Assembly (NCBI GenBank): GCA_038851755.1
Contig: JAWCKR010000018.1
Location: forward strand, 1-24,540
Source: Candidatus Hadarchaeales archaeon
GTDB taxonomy: Archaea > Hadarchaeota > Hadarchaeia > Hadarchaeales > WYZ-LMO6
Direction of reading: 5' to 3'
Length of the DNA: 24,540 bases
The position numbers were made by a program, and so were the translations under genes. Shown here one piece after another: positions 6,983 through 14,987 of this stretch. How positions within the stretch are numbered: position 1 is the first letter of the stretch; each line of letters starts with the position of its first letter. Under the pieces are notes generated by a model. It had not been told where the DNA came from. It searched no databases and worked only from the letters and a program-made list of their open reading frames with translations.

Positions 6983-8037
6983 GAAAGGAGGGCATCGAGC
7001 CCGCAGGCCCTGCACCTAGCGCAACCGCTCTTGATGCGGGAGGAGAGGGCCCCCGTCCTCCTGTACTCTCCCTCCGTCTCGGAGAAGAGTCTCTCCAGCC
7101 TGGAGGGCTCGGGAGGAGAAACCCTTCCGAGCGGGGTGCCGGGGGTGGGCCTGAAGGGGACGAGCCTGGGGAAGACCCCCATCCCCAGCAGGGTCCTGGC
7201 CCCCTCCACCAGGCTTCGATCGGACTCACCCAGCCCCACCAGCAGGAAGGAGTTAACCTGCCACTTGCCGAAGATCTCCACCGCCTCCCTCCAGCTCCTG
7301 AAGTATTCCTCCCGGGAAACCTCGGCCTTCCCCGGACAGACCTCCCTCCTCACCCCCTCTTCGTAGAACTCAAGGTGCATCCCCACCGTGTCCACCCCAG
7401 CCTCCTTCAGCTCCTCCAGGCTCTCGGAGTCCTCAGGGGGCTCCAGGTGCACCTCCGTGGGTAAATCAACCTTCTCTCTGATCTTCCTCACCGTCTCCGC
7501 CAGGACCCTCGCCCCGCGGTCCGGAGAGGCGAGCGTGCCCGTAGTGATCAGCAAATGCTTGGCCACACCCTCCTCCACGGCGGCCCTGGCCACCTCCACC
7601 AGCTGCTCGGGGGTCTTCCTCACGAGGGGATCCTTCTCCCCGTAGACCTGGATGGCGCAGAACTTGCACGCCTTGCCCTGCGCCCACCTCCAGCAGGAGG
7701 AGAGGAGGGTGGTGGCCAGGCAGTCCCTCCCGTGGAGCTTGGCCACCCTGTGCATGGGGATACCGTCGGAAGTCTTCCTGCGGTAGAAACGCGGGAGGGG
7801 GACCAGGGAAACCTTCACCAGGCGTTCCTTCCCCCTCCAAATCCACCCGTTCCTCAGCTCGAAGGGGGAGCGGGAGACGAAAGCCCCCCTGAGGGGGATG
7901 TTCAGCACCACCCCATCCGGGAAGACCATGCACCTACCTCCCGAGGGGCCCGCTCCGCCCTTCCTCCCGCGATAGACCCCCCGGCTCCTGGCACCAAGGG
8001 AGAGGAGGGAAAGCTCCAGGCGCTTCAGCTCCTCCAT
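6979..8037 (-). CDS. Radical SAM protein with CX8CX2C motif (MSMEG_0568/NitD-like or LipS1-like)
   Basis: LHGRDCLATTLLSSCWRWAQGKACKFCAI, ITTGT, VHLEPP, VCPGK, LVGLGES and VPFRPTPGTPL motifs, with C-terminal GCARCRAC. Confidence 0.85.
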   Translation of the reverse strand: MEELKRLELSLLSLGARSRGVYRGRKGGAGPSGGRCMVFPDGVVLNIPLRGAFVSRSPFELRNGWIWRGKERLVKVSLVPLPRFYRRKTSDGIPMHRVAKLHGRDCLATTLLSSCWRWAQGKACKFCAIQVYGEKDPLVRKTPEQLVEVARAAVEEGVAKHLLITTGTLASPDRGARVLAETVRKIREKVDLPTEVHLEPPEDSESLEELKEAGVDTVGMHLEFYEEGVRREVCPGKAEVSREEYFRSWREAVEIFGKWQVNSFLLVGLGESDRSLVEGARTLLGMGVFPRLVPFRPTPGTPLGRVSPPEPSRLERLFSETEGEYRRTGALSSRIKSGCARCRACGLDALLS

Positions 8038-8112
8038 CTTCCTTCTTCCCTCCCTCCCAAGGCTTATCCTTTACCGACCGAGGCTTTTACCTCAACCCGA
8101 GTAGGATAGGGG

Positions 8113-9318
8113 ATGCTGAAGGTGGAGGAGACGAGAAAGGACTTCCCCCTCCTGAACTCGGGCGTAATCTACCTAGACAACGCCTCCACCAGTCTCACCC
8201 CCGAACCCGTTTTGAACAGGATGCTGGAGTTTTACCGGGAGTGCCGGGCCAACGTGGGGAGGGGGGTTCACAGGCTCTCCAGGGAGGCGAGCGAGGAGCT
8301 TTCCTCGGCCAGGGAAAAGGTGCGCAGGTTCATCGCCGCCGGATCGGGAAGGGAGGTGATCTTCACCAGGAACACCACAGAGGGCATCAACCTGGTGGCG
8401 GAGGGACTGAGGTGGGAAAAAGGGGATGAGGTGGTCACCACCCTCCTGGAGCACCACTCCAACCTCCTCCCCTGGCTCAGGCTGAGGGAAAGGGGAGTGA
8501 GGGTGAGGATGGTGAAACCCGATGGAGAGGGCGTGCTGAAGCCCGAGGGGTTCGAAAGGGAGATGGGGGAGAGGACCAAGCTGGTGGCCCTGACCCACGT
8601 CTCGAACGTTCTGGGAACGATGACGCCCGTGGGGGAAATCGTGAAGCTGGCCCACGAGCGTGGGGCCAGGGTGCTGGTGGACGCCGCCCAGTCAGCCCCC
8701 CACCTTCCCCTGAACGTGAAAAAGCTGGGGTGCGACTACCTGGCCTTCTCGGGGCACAAGATGCTGGGGCCCACCGGCATCGGGGTGCTGTACGTGAGGG
8801 AGGAGCACCTGGACGAGCTCGAGCCCCTCTGCCTGGGAGGGGGAACGATAGAGGAGGTCTCCTCTGTGGGATACAGGCTCACGGGCTCCCCGGAGAGGTA
8901 CGAGGCGGGCACTCCCCCCATCGCGGAAGCCGTGGGGCTAGGGGAGGCGGTCGAGTACCTCAGCCAGGTGGGACGGGAAAACCTCGCCAGGCACGAGGGG
9001 TCGCTGGTGAGGCGTCTGCAGAGGGGGCTGGAGGAGCTTCCCGGAGTGGAGGTCTATGGACCCTCTGACCCAGACCGGAGGGTGGGCATCGTCCCCTTCA
9101 ACGTGAAGGGGATGGGCCCCCACGAGGTCGCGACCATCCTTGACCAATCCTCGAACATCATGGTCAGGTCAGGGCACCACTGTGCGATGCCCCTCCACAC
9201 GGAGGTGCTGAACCGACCGGAGGGCACGGTGAGGGCCTCCGTGTACCTCTACAACACGGAGGAAGAGGTGGAGAGCCTGGTGGAAACAGTGGGGAGGATA
9301 ATACGTGAACTCCTCTGA
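8113..9318 (+). CDS. sufS: Cysteine desulfurase, SufS (group II) family
   Basis: IYLDNAST, ANVGRG, EHHSN, DAAQS, FSGHKMLGPTGIG (PLP Lys), EAGTP, RSGHHCA (catalytic Cys) and RASVYLYN motifs. Confidence 0.93.
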   Translation: MLKVEETRKDFPLLNSGVIYLDNASTSLTPEPVLNRMLEFYRECRANVGRGVHRLSREASEELSSAREKVRRFIAAGSGREVIFTRNTTEGINLVAEGLRWEKGDEVVTTLLEHHSNLLPWLRLRERGVRVRMVKPDGEGVLKPEGFEREMGERTKLVALTHVSNVLGTMTPVGEIVKLAHERGARVLVDAAQSAPHLPLNVKKLGCDYLAFSGHKMLGPTGIGVLYVREEHLDELEPLCLGGGTIEEVSSVGYRLTGSPERYEAGTPPIAEAVGLGEAVEYLSQVGRENLARHEGSLVRRLQRGLEELPGVEVYGPSDPDRRVGIVPFNVKGMGPHEVATILDQSSNIMVRSGHHCAMPLHTEVLNRPEGTVRASVYLYNTEEEVESLVETVGRIIRELL

Positions 9319-9336
9319 AAGCCGCGGTTGGCTGTC

Positions 9337-10005
9337 ATGAAGGTCCTCTGCCTGCCTACCTGGAGGGAAGGGTGCCTCCTGGCGAGGGGTGTGGACCCAG
9401 AACTCTCCAGGGAAGGAAGAGAGGACATCCTCTACCTGAAGCCCTGCGCCTCGAAGGGGGAGCTGATGGCGGAAATAGACCTAGGGGGGAAGGGGGCCAG
9501 GCCGCTGGACCCCCACCTCCTCTGCCACCTGCTGGAAAAGGCGAGGCCTTGGTTCTCTGAGGTGAAATGCAGCCCCACTCTCAGGGCGGCTAGGTTCAGG
9601 TGGGGAATAGCAGAGGTGAGCATCTTCGGGGACGGTGGGGTCAAAATCCGACGTGCCCTTGATCATGAGGAAGTTTCTCACCTTTCCAGTCTGCTCGCAC
9701 GCCTGCTCTGGGGCGCCATGAGATGTGAGGTATGCGGTTTGCCTGCCCTGCGGTGTGCCTCAGGGGGGTGCCGGTGCGCGGGAGAGGGGAGGAGGGAAGT
9801 AGCGGTGGACGATCCCCTTCTCCTCGCGGCTCTCTCTTCCCTCGAAAGGATCCGGGAAGTCATGGGAACCGAGAGGGAGGAACTCCTCCGCGAGGCGGAA
9901 CGCCAAATCCTCCTCTTCATCCTGAAGGCAAGGAAGGAGGAGGTCCCCCTGGCGCTCTTCCTGCTGGCCGGGATAGAAGAAAGGAAGGACACGCCTAAAC
10001 CTTGA
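9337..10005 (+). CDS. Hypothetical Cys-rich protein, possible metal/Fe-S binding
   Basis: Host-like codon usage, 18 nt downstream of sufS. Contains LKPC, a central VSIFGDGGVKIRRA segment and CEVC-x6-C-x4-CxC. Confidence 0.7.
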   Translation: MKVLCLPTWREGCLLARGVDPELSREGREDILYLKPCASKGELMAEIDLGGKGARPLDPHLLCHLLEKARPWFSEVKCSPTLRAARFRWGIAEVSIFGDGGVKIRRALDHEEVSHLSSLLARLLWGAMRCEVCGLPALRCASGGCRCAGEGRREVAVDDPLLLAALSSLERIREVMGTEREELLREAERQILLFILKARKEEVPLALFLLAGIEERKDTPKP

Positions 10006-10663
10006 GGCTCGGGAGGGGGAGGGCCTCCAGCCCCCTCCTGAGGACCCTCAGGAGGAGGAAGAGGGAGAGAAGGGCGTAGAGACAGCCTGCGGCCAAGTCC
10101 TGCCAGTAGTGCTCGCCCAGGTAGAGGGTGGAGAACATCAGCAGGATCCAGCTAGTTCCCCACACGAGGGCTGGTCCCCTCCCGTGCCTGCGGGCGAAGA
10201 AGAAGGCCAGGAGGCCGTTGGCGGCGTGCAGGCTGGGGAAGGCCCCCCAGGGGAAGGCGTTGAACCTCTCCGTGACCCCAAAGAGCTCCTCCCTCACATC
10301 CCTCACCCCCGGCAAGGCCATCCTGGGGGGAGAAACGGGAAAGAAGATCCAGGTGACGAAGCCCAGGAGCTGGCAGAGGGCGAAGACCCAGAAGTACTCC
10401 TTGAAGGACCTCCTGTCCCCCACGAAGAGGAGGAGGGCCGCCGTGGCGTAGATCAGGAAGAGATAACCGAAGGAGTACACGGCCACCCACCACCTGTCCG
10501 AGAGTTCCCCCGAGAGGTGCTCCTGCAGGAAGAGGACCTCCCCTCCCCCGAAGCTGTGGGGCGAGGAGGGTCTGGGGAAGGCCCGCGGGAGGGCGTCCAG
10601 GGCCAGCGTCAGGAGGAGGAAGAGGAGGAAGGGGAAGAGGAGGCTCCTCACCCTCTTCCACAT
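9995..10663 (-). CDS. PAP2-superfamily membrane phosphatase/phosphotransferase (Aur1/IPC-synthase-like)
   Basis: Several hydrophobic helices with FPVSPPR, AFPSLHAA and STLYLGEHYWQD motifs. ATG 10663 follows a GGGGTGA SD. Confidence 0.87.
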   Translation of the reverse strand: MWKRVRSLLFPFLLFLLLTLALDALPRAFPRPSSPHSFGGGEVLFLQEHLSGELSDRWWVAVYSFGYLFLIYATAALLLFVGDRRSFKEYFWVFALCQLLGFVTWIFFPVSPPRMALPGVRDVREELFGVTERFNAFPWGAFPSLHAANGLLAFFFARRHGRGPALVWGTSWILLMFSTLYLGEHYWQDLAAGCLYALLSLFLLLRVLRRGLEALPLPSLKV

Positions 10664-11364
10664 TTCACCCCACCTCCCAGGAAGAGCTTCTCCCTCTGGG
10701 CGTACCTCTCCTCCATCTCCCTCACGAGGGCCTCGAACTCCTCCGCTTGGACCGCTCCCGTCTCCACCAGGGCTCTGGCGAACTCCCTCGCCTGCACCAC
10801 CTCGGCCAGCTCCCTGTCGCACGTCCTCCCGAAGGCTGGGGCCCTGCAGTTCTGTCCCACCCTGAGCCCGAAGTACCTGACGGTGTCAGGGGAGGCGGGC
10901 TTCCCCCTCAGCGTGCTGGAGGCCTCAGCGGTGGAGCCGCAGGGGGATTCCCTCAGGAGCTCCACCTTGGTGATCCTGCCGTCCTCAACCTCCAGCCCGA
11001 ACTTCGGCCTGCCGAAGAAGCGGGCGAACTCGTCAAAGGCCTTCACCCCCGTGTTCCCCTCGAGAGAGCACATGGTGGGGGGCGCGAGCACCCGGGGGTT
11101 CTTCTCCATGGCCTGACGCAGGAAACCCTCCCCGAAGCTCACCGCCAGAAGGGTGGGAACGCCCCTGCTCGCTACCTCCAGCGCCACGTCCGGGTGCCTG
11201 ACATAGGAGAGGTAGAGGTCGCAGGGGGGGAGCTCCAGCTCCAGCTCGTCCACCACCTGGGAGGAGGGAAAGTCCACCAGGATCCACTCCACCTTGAACC
11301 TCTTCCTCACGTTCTCCCTGGCCCTCTCCCCGTACTTCCCATCCGAGATGACTCCCACCTTCAA
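10648..11364 (-). CDS. DUF166-family archaeal protein
   Basis: GKYGERA, HPD, MCSL, FGRPKF, RESPCGST and NCRA motifs. The TTG start overlaps the galT stop. Confidence 0.78.
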   Translation of the reverse strand: MKVGVISDGKYGERARENVRKRFKVEWILVDFPSSQVVDELELELPPCDLYLSYVRHPDVALEVASRGVPTLLAVSFGEGFLRQAMEKNPRVLAPPTMCSLEGNTGVKAFDEFARFFGRPKFGLEVEDGRITKVELLRESPCGSTAEASSTLRGKPASPDTVRYFGLRVGQNCRAPAFGRTCDRELAEVVQAREFARALVETGAVQAEEFEALVREMEERYAQREKLFLGGGVKCGRG

Positions 11365-12404
11365 CCCTCTTCCCCCTCAAACACTTTCCTGAGCTTCACC
11401 GCCAGCTCCTCGGGCATGCTCTCCACCACGGGCTCGTACTGGAACCTCTCCATGAACCCGCTGTCGCTGGTGTAGAGGGGGCGGAGGAGGGGACGGGAGA
11501 TGAGCCTGAGGCTCAGCCTGTGATACCTCCTGCTCCCGCCGTCCTCGGGACCCGAGAAGGAGGTGAGGTTGAAGGTCTCCACCCCCAGCTCCGCGTACCC
11601 CTTCAGGATCCTGGAGAGTCCCACGGCCAGCTCCTTCACCTCCGCCTCCCCCACCTCCCCGAAGCAGGAGGCCTCCCTGAAGACGGCCCAGACCTCGTTC
11701 TGCCCCTGCGGTGCGAAGGCGGTGAGCCAGCATATCCCCCCACCCTCCCCTATCCACCTCTCCCCCCTCCTGCGCTCCTCCTTCAGCAGGTCCAGCCAGA
11801 AGTTCCTCCCCGTCCTTCCCCTGTACCTTCTTCCCCCCTCCATCACCCTCTCCAGCCAGAAGGTGGGGGTGCGGTCGGCGAGGAGCTGGAGGTGAGGGTG
11901 CACGATGCTGGCCGCGGCCGAGGGGAGGTGGTTCCAGTTCAGCATGGCGTACCCGATGGCAGGCTCCACTTTCCTCACCCTCCCGAAGTACTCCAGGGAA
12001 AGGCCCAGCGCGTCCTCCAGCATGCGTGGAGGGAACTCCCGGATGGTGAGGAGGTGCTCCCTGCTCAGGACCACCACGGCGTGGAACTCGGCGAAGGGGA
12101 AGAGGTTGGGGAAGAGCACGGCCTCCCCCCTCCTCATCCTCTCCTCCCCGAACTCCGGTGGGAGCTTGGGGGTGGAGCGCTCCAGGTTCTCGGGGCAGAA
12201 GTAGCATCCCCTGGCGGACTCCCTCAGGAGGTCGAGGGGGCTTTCACCCACCGCCTGCCTCACCCTTTTGGCCCTCTCCAGGTTGATCCTGCTCCACCTC
12301 CCTGTGAGGGGGTCCTGCCTGAACTCCACCCTCTGGGTCACGGGAGCGAACCCCTGCACCGGGCTGAGGAAGCGGGCTTCCCTCACCTCCCTGCGGAAAA
12401 GCAT
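11361..12404 (-). CDS. galT: Galactose-1-phosphate uridylyltransferase family (GalT-like)
   Basis: EFRQDPLTG, CYFCP, FPNLFPFAEFHAVVV and NWNHLPSAAASIVHPHLQ (HPHxQ catalytic motif). ATG at 12404. Confidence 0.88.
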   Translation of the reverse strand: MLFRREVREARFLSPVQGFAPVTQRVEFRQDPLTGRWSRINLERAKRVRQAVGESPLDLLRESARGCYFCPENLERSTPKLPPEFGEERMRRGEAVLFPNLFPFAEFHAVVVLSREHLLTIREFPPRMLEDALGLSLEYFGRVRKVEPAIGYAMLNWNHLPSAAASIVHPHLQLLADRTPTFWLERVMEGGRRYRGRTGRNFWLDLLKEERRRGERWIGEGGGICWLTAFAPQGQNEVWAVFREASCFGEVGEAEVKELAVGLSRILKGYAELGVETFNLTSFSGPEDGGSRRYHRLSLRLISRPLLRPLYTSDSGFMERFQYEPVVESMPEELAVKLRKVFEGEEG

Positions 12405-12440
12405 CCACCATATTAAGGGAGGGGAAATATAGGTGATGGC

Positions 12441-13007
12441 ATGGGCAGGGGACCCCTTCCGAGGTTCAACGAGGTGCACGTGAGGGCGGCGCTGGAGCTG
12501 ATTCACAGGATGGGCAGGGTGGGGAGGCCCGAGCTGGGGAGGAGGCTGGGACTGGGGGAGGGGAGCACCAGGAGCCTCCTCCTGCTCCTGAGGAGGAGGG
12601 GACTGGTAAGGTCTTCCAGGGGGGGGCACACCCTTACGGAGAGGGGTAGGCGGGAACTGGGGGAACCTATGAGGCTCGTGAGGCTGAACTGTGGCAAGCT
12701 CACCGTTGGGGAGGTGGATGTGGCCGTGCTGGTGAGGGACGCTGCACGAAAAGTGAGGGGCGGTGTGGAGGAGAGGGACGAAGCCATCAAGGCCGGGGCG
12801 AAGGGGGCCACCGTGCTCGTCTTCCGGGAGGATGGGCTGCGGTTCCCCGACAGCGGGAAGAAGGTGGGGGGAAAGGTGGGCAAGAAGCTGGTGGAGGCTC
12901 TGAAACCGATCGAGGGGGACGTGGTGATCATTGGAACGGGAAAAAATGAAGTGGAGGCGGAGATGGGGGCCAGGGCGGCCGCCATGAAGCTGCAGAAAAA
13001 GCGGTGA
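12441..13007 (+). CDS. Winged-helix + DUF4443 domain protein, putative transcriptional regulator
   Basis: N-terminal wHTH (VGRPELGRRLGLGEGSTRSLL...GLV...GGHTLTERG) and C-terminal GVEERDEAIKAGAKGATVL...GDVVIIG. SD AGGTGA at 12431. Confidence 0.8.
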   Translation: MGRGPLPRFNEVHVRAALELIHRMGRVGRPELGRRLGLGEGSTRSLLLLLRRRGLVRSSRGGHTLTERGRRELGEPMRLVRLNCGKLTVGEVDVAVLVRDAARKVRGGVEERDEAIKAGAKGATVLVFREDGLRFPDSGKKVGGKVGKKLVEALKPIEGDVVIIGTGKNEVEAEMGARAAAMKLQKKR

Positions 13008-13439
13008 TCACCAGCTGGGCACTTCGTACCTGAACTTCACGTTCTCGCCGTTCCTGAGCTCATAGGAACCTGCCCCCACATCGGCGTACTTCCATCCGTT
13101 GTTCTCCCACACGTAGAACATCCAGTACTTGCCTTCACCGGGGTTGTTGGCCAGCCCGTTGATGGAAGTGATGAACTCTCCCAGCCCCACGTAATGCTGG
13201 GTCTCCACCGCGGCCACTCTCTTGAGAGCCTCCAGGGCCGTGGCACCCTTCGCCAGGTGCACCCTGTGAGAGAGCTCCGCCTCTCCGTTATCTATGACCA
13301 CGCCCACGTCCACCGTTACTAGAGTGCCCTCCAGTTCCCTCAAGTCCCCCCTTATGTCCGAAACCTCGTACGCCAGGTACACCGTCCCCATGGCCATCAC
13401 CACCAGCACCACCAGGATTGCCTTCGTCACCTCTTCCAT
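13008..13439 (-). CDS. Membrane-anchored DUF4430 (transcobalamin C-terminal-like) protein, putative vitamin-binding
   Basis: An N-terminal TM helix and short coiled segment are followed by GATALEAL, GEFITSINGL, YWMFYV and DVGAGSYELRNGENVKFRY. Confidence 0.85.
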   Translation of the reverse strand: MEEVTKAILVVLVVMAMGTVYLAYEVSDIRGDLRELEGTLVTVDVGVVIDNGEAELSHRVHLAKGATALEALKRVAAVETQHYVGLGEFITSINGLANNPGEGKYWMFYVWENNGWKYADVGAGSYELRNGENVKFRYEVPSW

Positions 13440-13444
13440 TCTTC

Positions 13445-14080
13445 TCACCTCCGTTGGGTTGTGGAAACGGAAGCCCCCACCCTCACCGGGATGGGGACCT
13501 CGAGCCTTACCCTGGTGCTGAGCTTCAGCAGACCCACCAGCGGAGGGACGAAGAAGAGGGAGGAGAGGTGGTAGAGGGTGAAGGGGACCTGCATGACCAG
13601 GGCCGTGAGCCAGGTGGAGAGGGAGGTGAGGGGTCCGTAGAAGCCGGTGAGGGGGCTGCCCACCACCCCCGTCCAGAAGTCGAAGAGGAGGATGGCCACG
13701 GCCGCGGTGAGGGCGGTCCTTCCCACCAGCCCCCAGAAGCCCGAGAGGGGGGAGAGCTTGTTCCTGGTGGCCACCCACCACACCAGCAGGAAGCCCGACC
13801 AGGTGAAGAGGTAGATCCTGTGAAGGCCCCAGAACAGGAGATCCACCAGCAGCACCCCCGCGAGCACCATCAGCCCAAAGCTCTTCCCCAGCCTCCTCTC
13901 CCTCTCCCCCCCTGCGCTCCAGAGGTAAGTGGAGCCCGTCACCACCAGAACCGGGATCACCAGCTCCAGGTTGGGGAAGGTGAGTCCCTTCAGGTACAGG
14001 AGCTTGCTCATCCCGGCCAGCAGGAGGCATACCCCGGCGAAGACCCAGAGCCTCCTCCTCAGTTTCCTTTCAACTTCCAT
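13445..14080 (-). CDS. Integral membrane protein, ECF S-component-like (CbrT-like)
   Basis: About 211 aa with ~6 TM helices and PNLELV, LLVDLLFWG, YLFTWSGF, LFDFWT and PFTLYH motifs. It lies 5 nt upstream of the DUF4430 gene. Confidence 0.72.
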   Translation of the reverse strand: MEVERKLRRRLWVFAGVCLLLAGMSKLLYLKGLTFPNLELVIPVLVVTGSTYLWSAGGERERRLGKSFGLMVLAGVLLVDLLFWGLHRIYLFTWSGFLLVWWVATRNKLSPLSGFWGLVGRTALTAAVAILLFDFWTGVVGSPLTGFYGPLTSLSTWLTALVMQVPFTLYHLSSLFFVPPLVGLLKLSTRVRLEVPIPVRVGASVSTTQRR

Positions 14081-14082
14081 CC

Positions 14083-14109
14083 TATTGGATATATTATCCA
14101 ATATAAAAA
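14083..14109 (-). promoter_or_regulatory. Perfect palindromic operator between the TATA box and start codon of the S-component operon
   Basis: TATTGGATA-TAT-TATCCAATA at 14083-14103, minus-strand TTTTTATA at 14109-14102 and ATG at 14080. Confidence 0.8.
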
Positions 14110-14122
14110 GATTCTCAACCTG

Positions 14123-14129
14123 AAAAAAA
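14123..14129 (-). terminator. Oligo-T terminator
   Basis: A T7 run on the minus strand directly follows the TAA of the DUF5752 gene. Confidence 0.5.
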
Positions 14130-14438
14130 TTAAACCCTCTTGTAGGTGTAGACCCTGAGCCACTCCTCCAGCACCTCCACCAGCTTCTCCCTCAGTTCCT
14201 CCCCCTTCACCCCGTCCCTCCTCAAGGCCGAAATCCTGGAGGAGAGAAAAGCCAGACCGAAGACCTCCTTTATCCACCGCTCGAAGTCCTCCCTGTAGAC
14301 GTGAAACTCCAGGGAATCCGTTCCCACCTTCTTCACCGCCTCCGTGAACTCCATCAGACTGTGGGCCTCCACTCCCAGGGGCCTGCCGACGCCGGAGTAG
14401 AAGGAAAAGGGCTTATCCACCCTGCGGGCGGGATCCAT
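14130..14438 (-). CDS. DUF5752-family small protein
   Basis: PFSFYSGVGRPLGVEAHSLMEF...SLEFHVYREDFERWIKEVFG pattern, ~102 aa. Confidence 0.8.
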   Translation of the reverse strand: MDPARRVDKPFSFYSGVGRPLGVEAHSLMEFTEAVKKVGTDSLEFHVYREDFERWIKEVFGLAFLSSRISALRRDGVKGEELREKLVEVLEEWLRVYTYKRV

Positions 14439-14526
14439 CACTTTTCTCTTTTCTCCCCCACCTAAAAAGCCTACCCGAAGGGCGCGGGGCCTAGAGAAGA
14501 TAAGCACACCCTTGGTATTCACAACC

Positions 14527-14534
14527 TTTAAATA
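14527..14534 (+). promoter_or_regulatory. TATA box of the pilin gene (likely leaderless transcript)
   Basis: TTTAAATA begins 30 nt upstream of GTG 14557. Confidence 0.6.
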
Positions 14535-14556
14535 CGCTCTGGATTCACTTAAAAAC

Positions 14557-14982
14557 GTGAACACCAAGGGAGTTTCGCCGGTAGTGGGCGTGATTCTGCT
14601 GATTGCTATAACGGTGACACTGGTGGGAATTGTGGCAACGCTGGTGGGCGGACTGGGTGGGAAGGGAACTCCGCCTTCTCTGACTATGAGCGTGAAGGCA
14701 GAGAACGGCACCGGGAACTGGGTAATCCTGAGAATCACACACACAGGGGGTGACTCCGTTTCGTTATCTGACATCATAGTGAAGGCTGGAGATGATGAAG
14801 CCAACATGGGAGAAAACCGGTCCCTCAGCGGTGTCCTCTCCGTGGGAAACACCGTGGTGGTGGGAGTAAACTGTCCCACCGACTACCGTGGGGACAACAT
14901 CATCACCGTGTACGTGATTCACAAACCCAGCAATCAAATGCTCTACAACAACCCCAACATCGTCGTGGAAGCATCATCCTGA
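14557..14982 (+). CDS. Archaeal type IV pilin (Pilin_N/DUF1628)
   Basis: Class III signal peptide MNTKG/VSPVVGVILLIAITV, with ITHTGGDS and VIHKPSNQML motifs and sequons NGT and NRS. Confidence 0.92.
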   Translation: MNTKGVSPVVGVILLIAITVTLVGIVATLVGGLGGKGTPPSLTMSVKAENGTGNWVILRITHTGGDSVSLSDIIVKAGDDEANMGENRSLSGVLSVGNTVVVGVNCPTDYRGDNIITVYVIHKPSNQMLYNNPNIVVEASS

Positions 14983-14987
14983 TCACC

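Noticed and set aside
12405-12629. Long N-terminal extensions in the ORF track (GalT here; also 10664-10822, 13440-14030 and 14439-14879)
   Set aside because: They overlap real neighbouring genes. Internal ATGs match the family N-termini and the SD or TATA positions.
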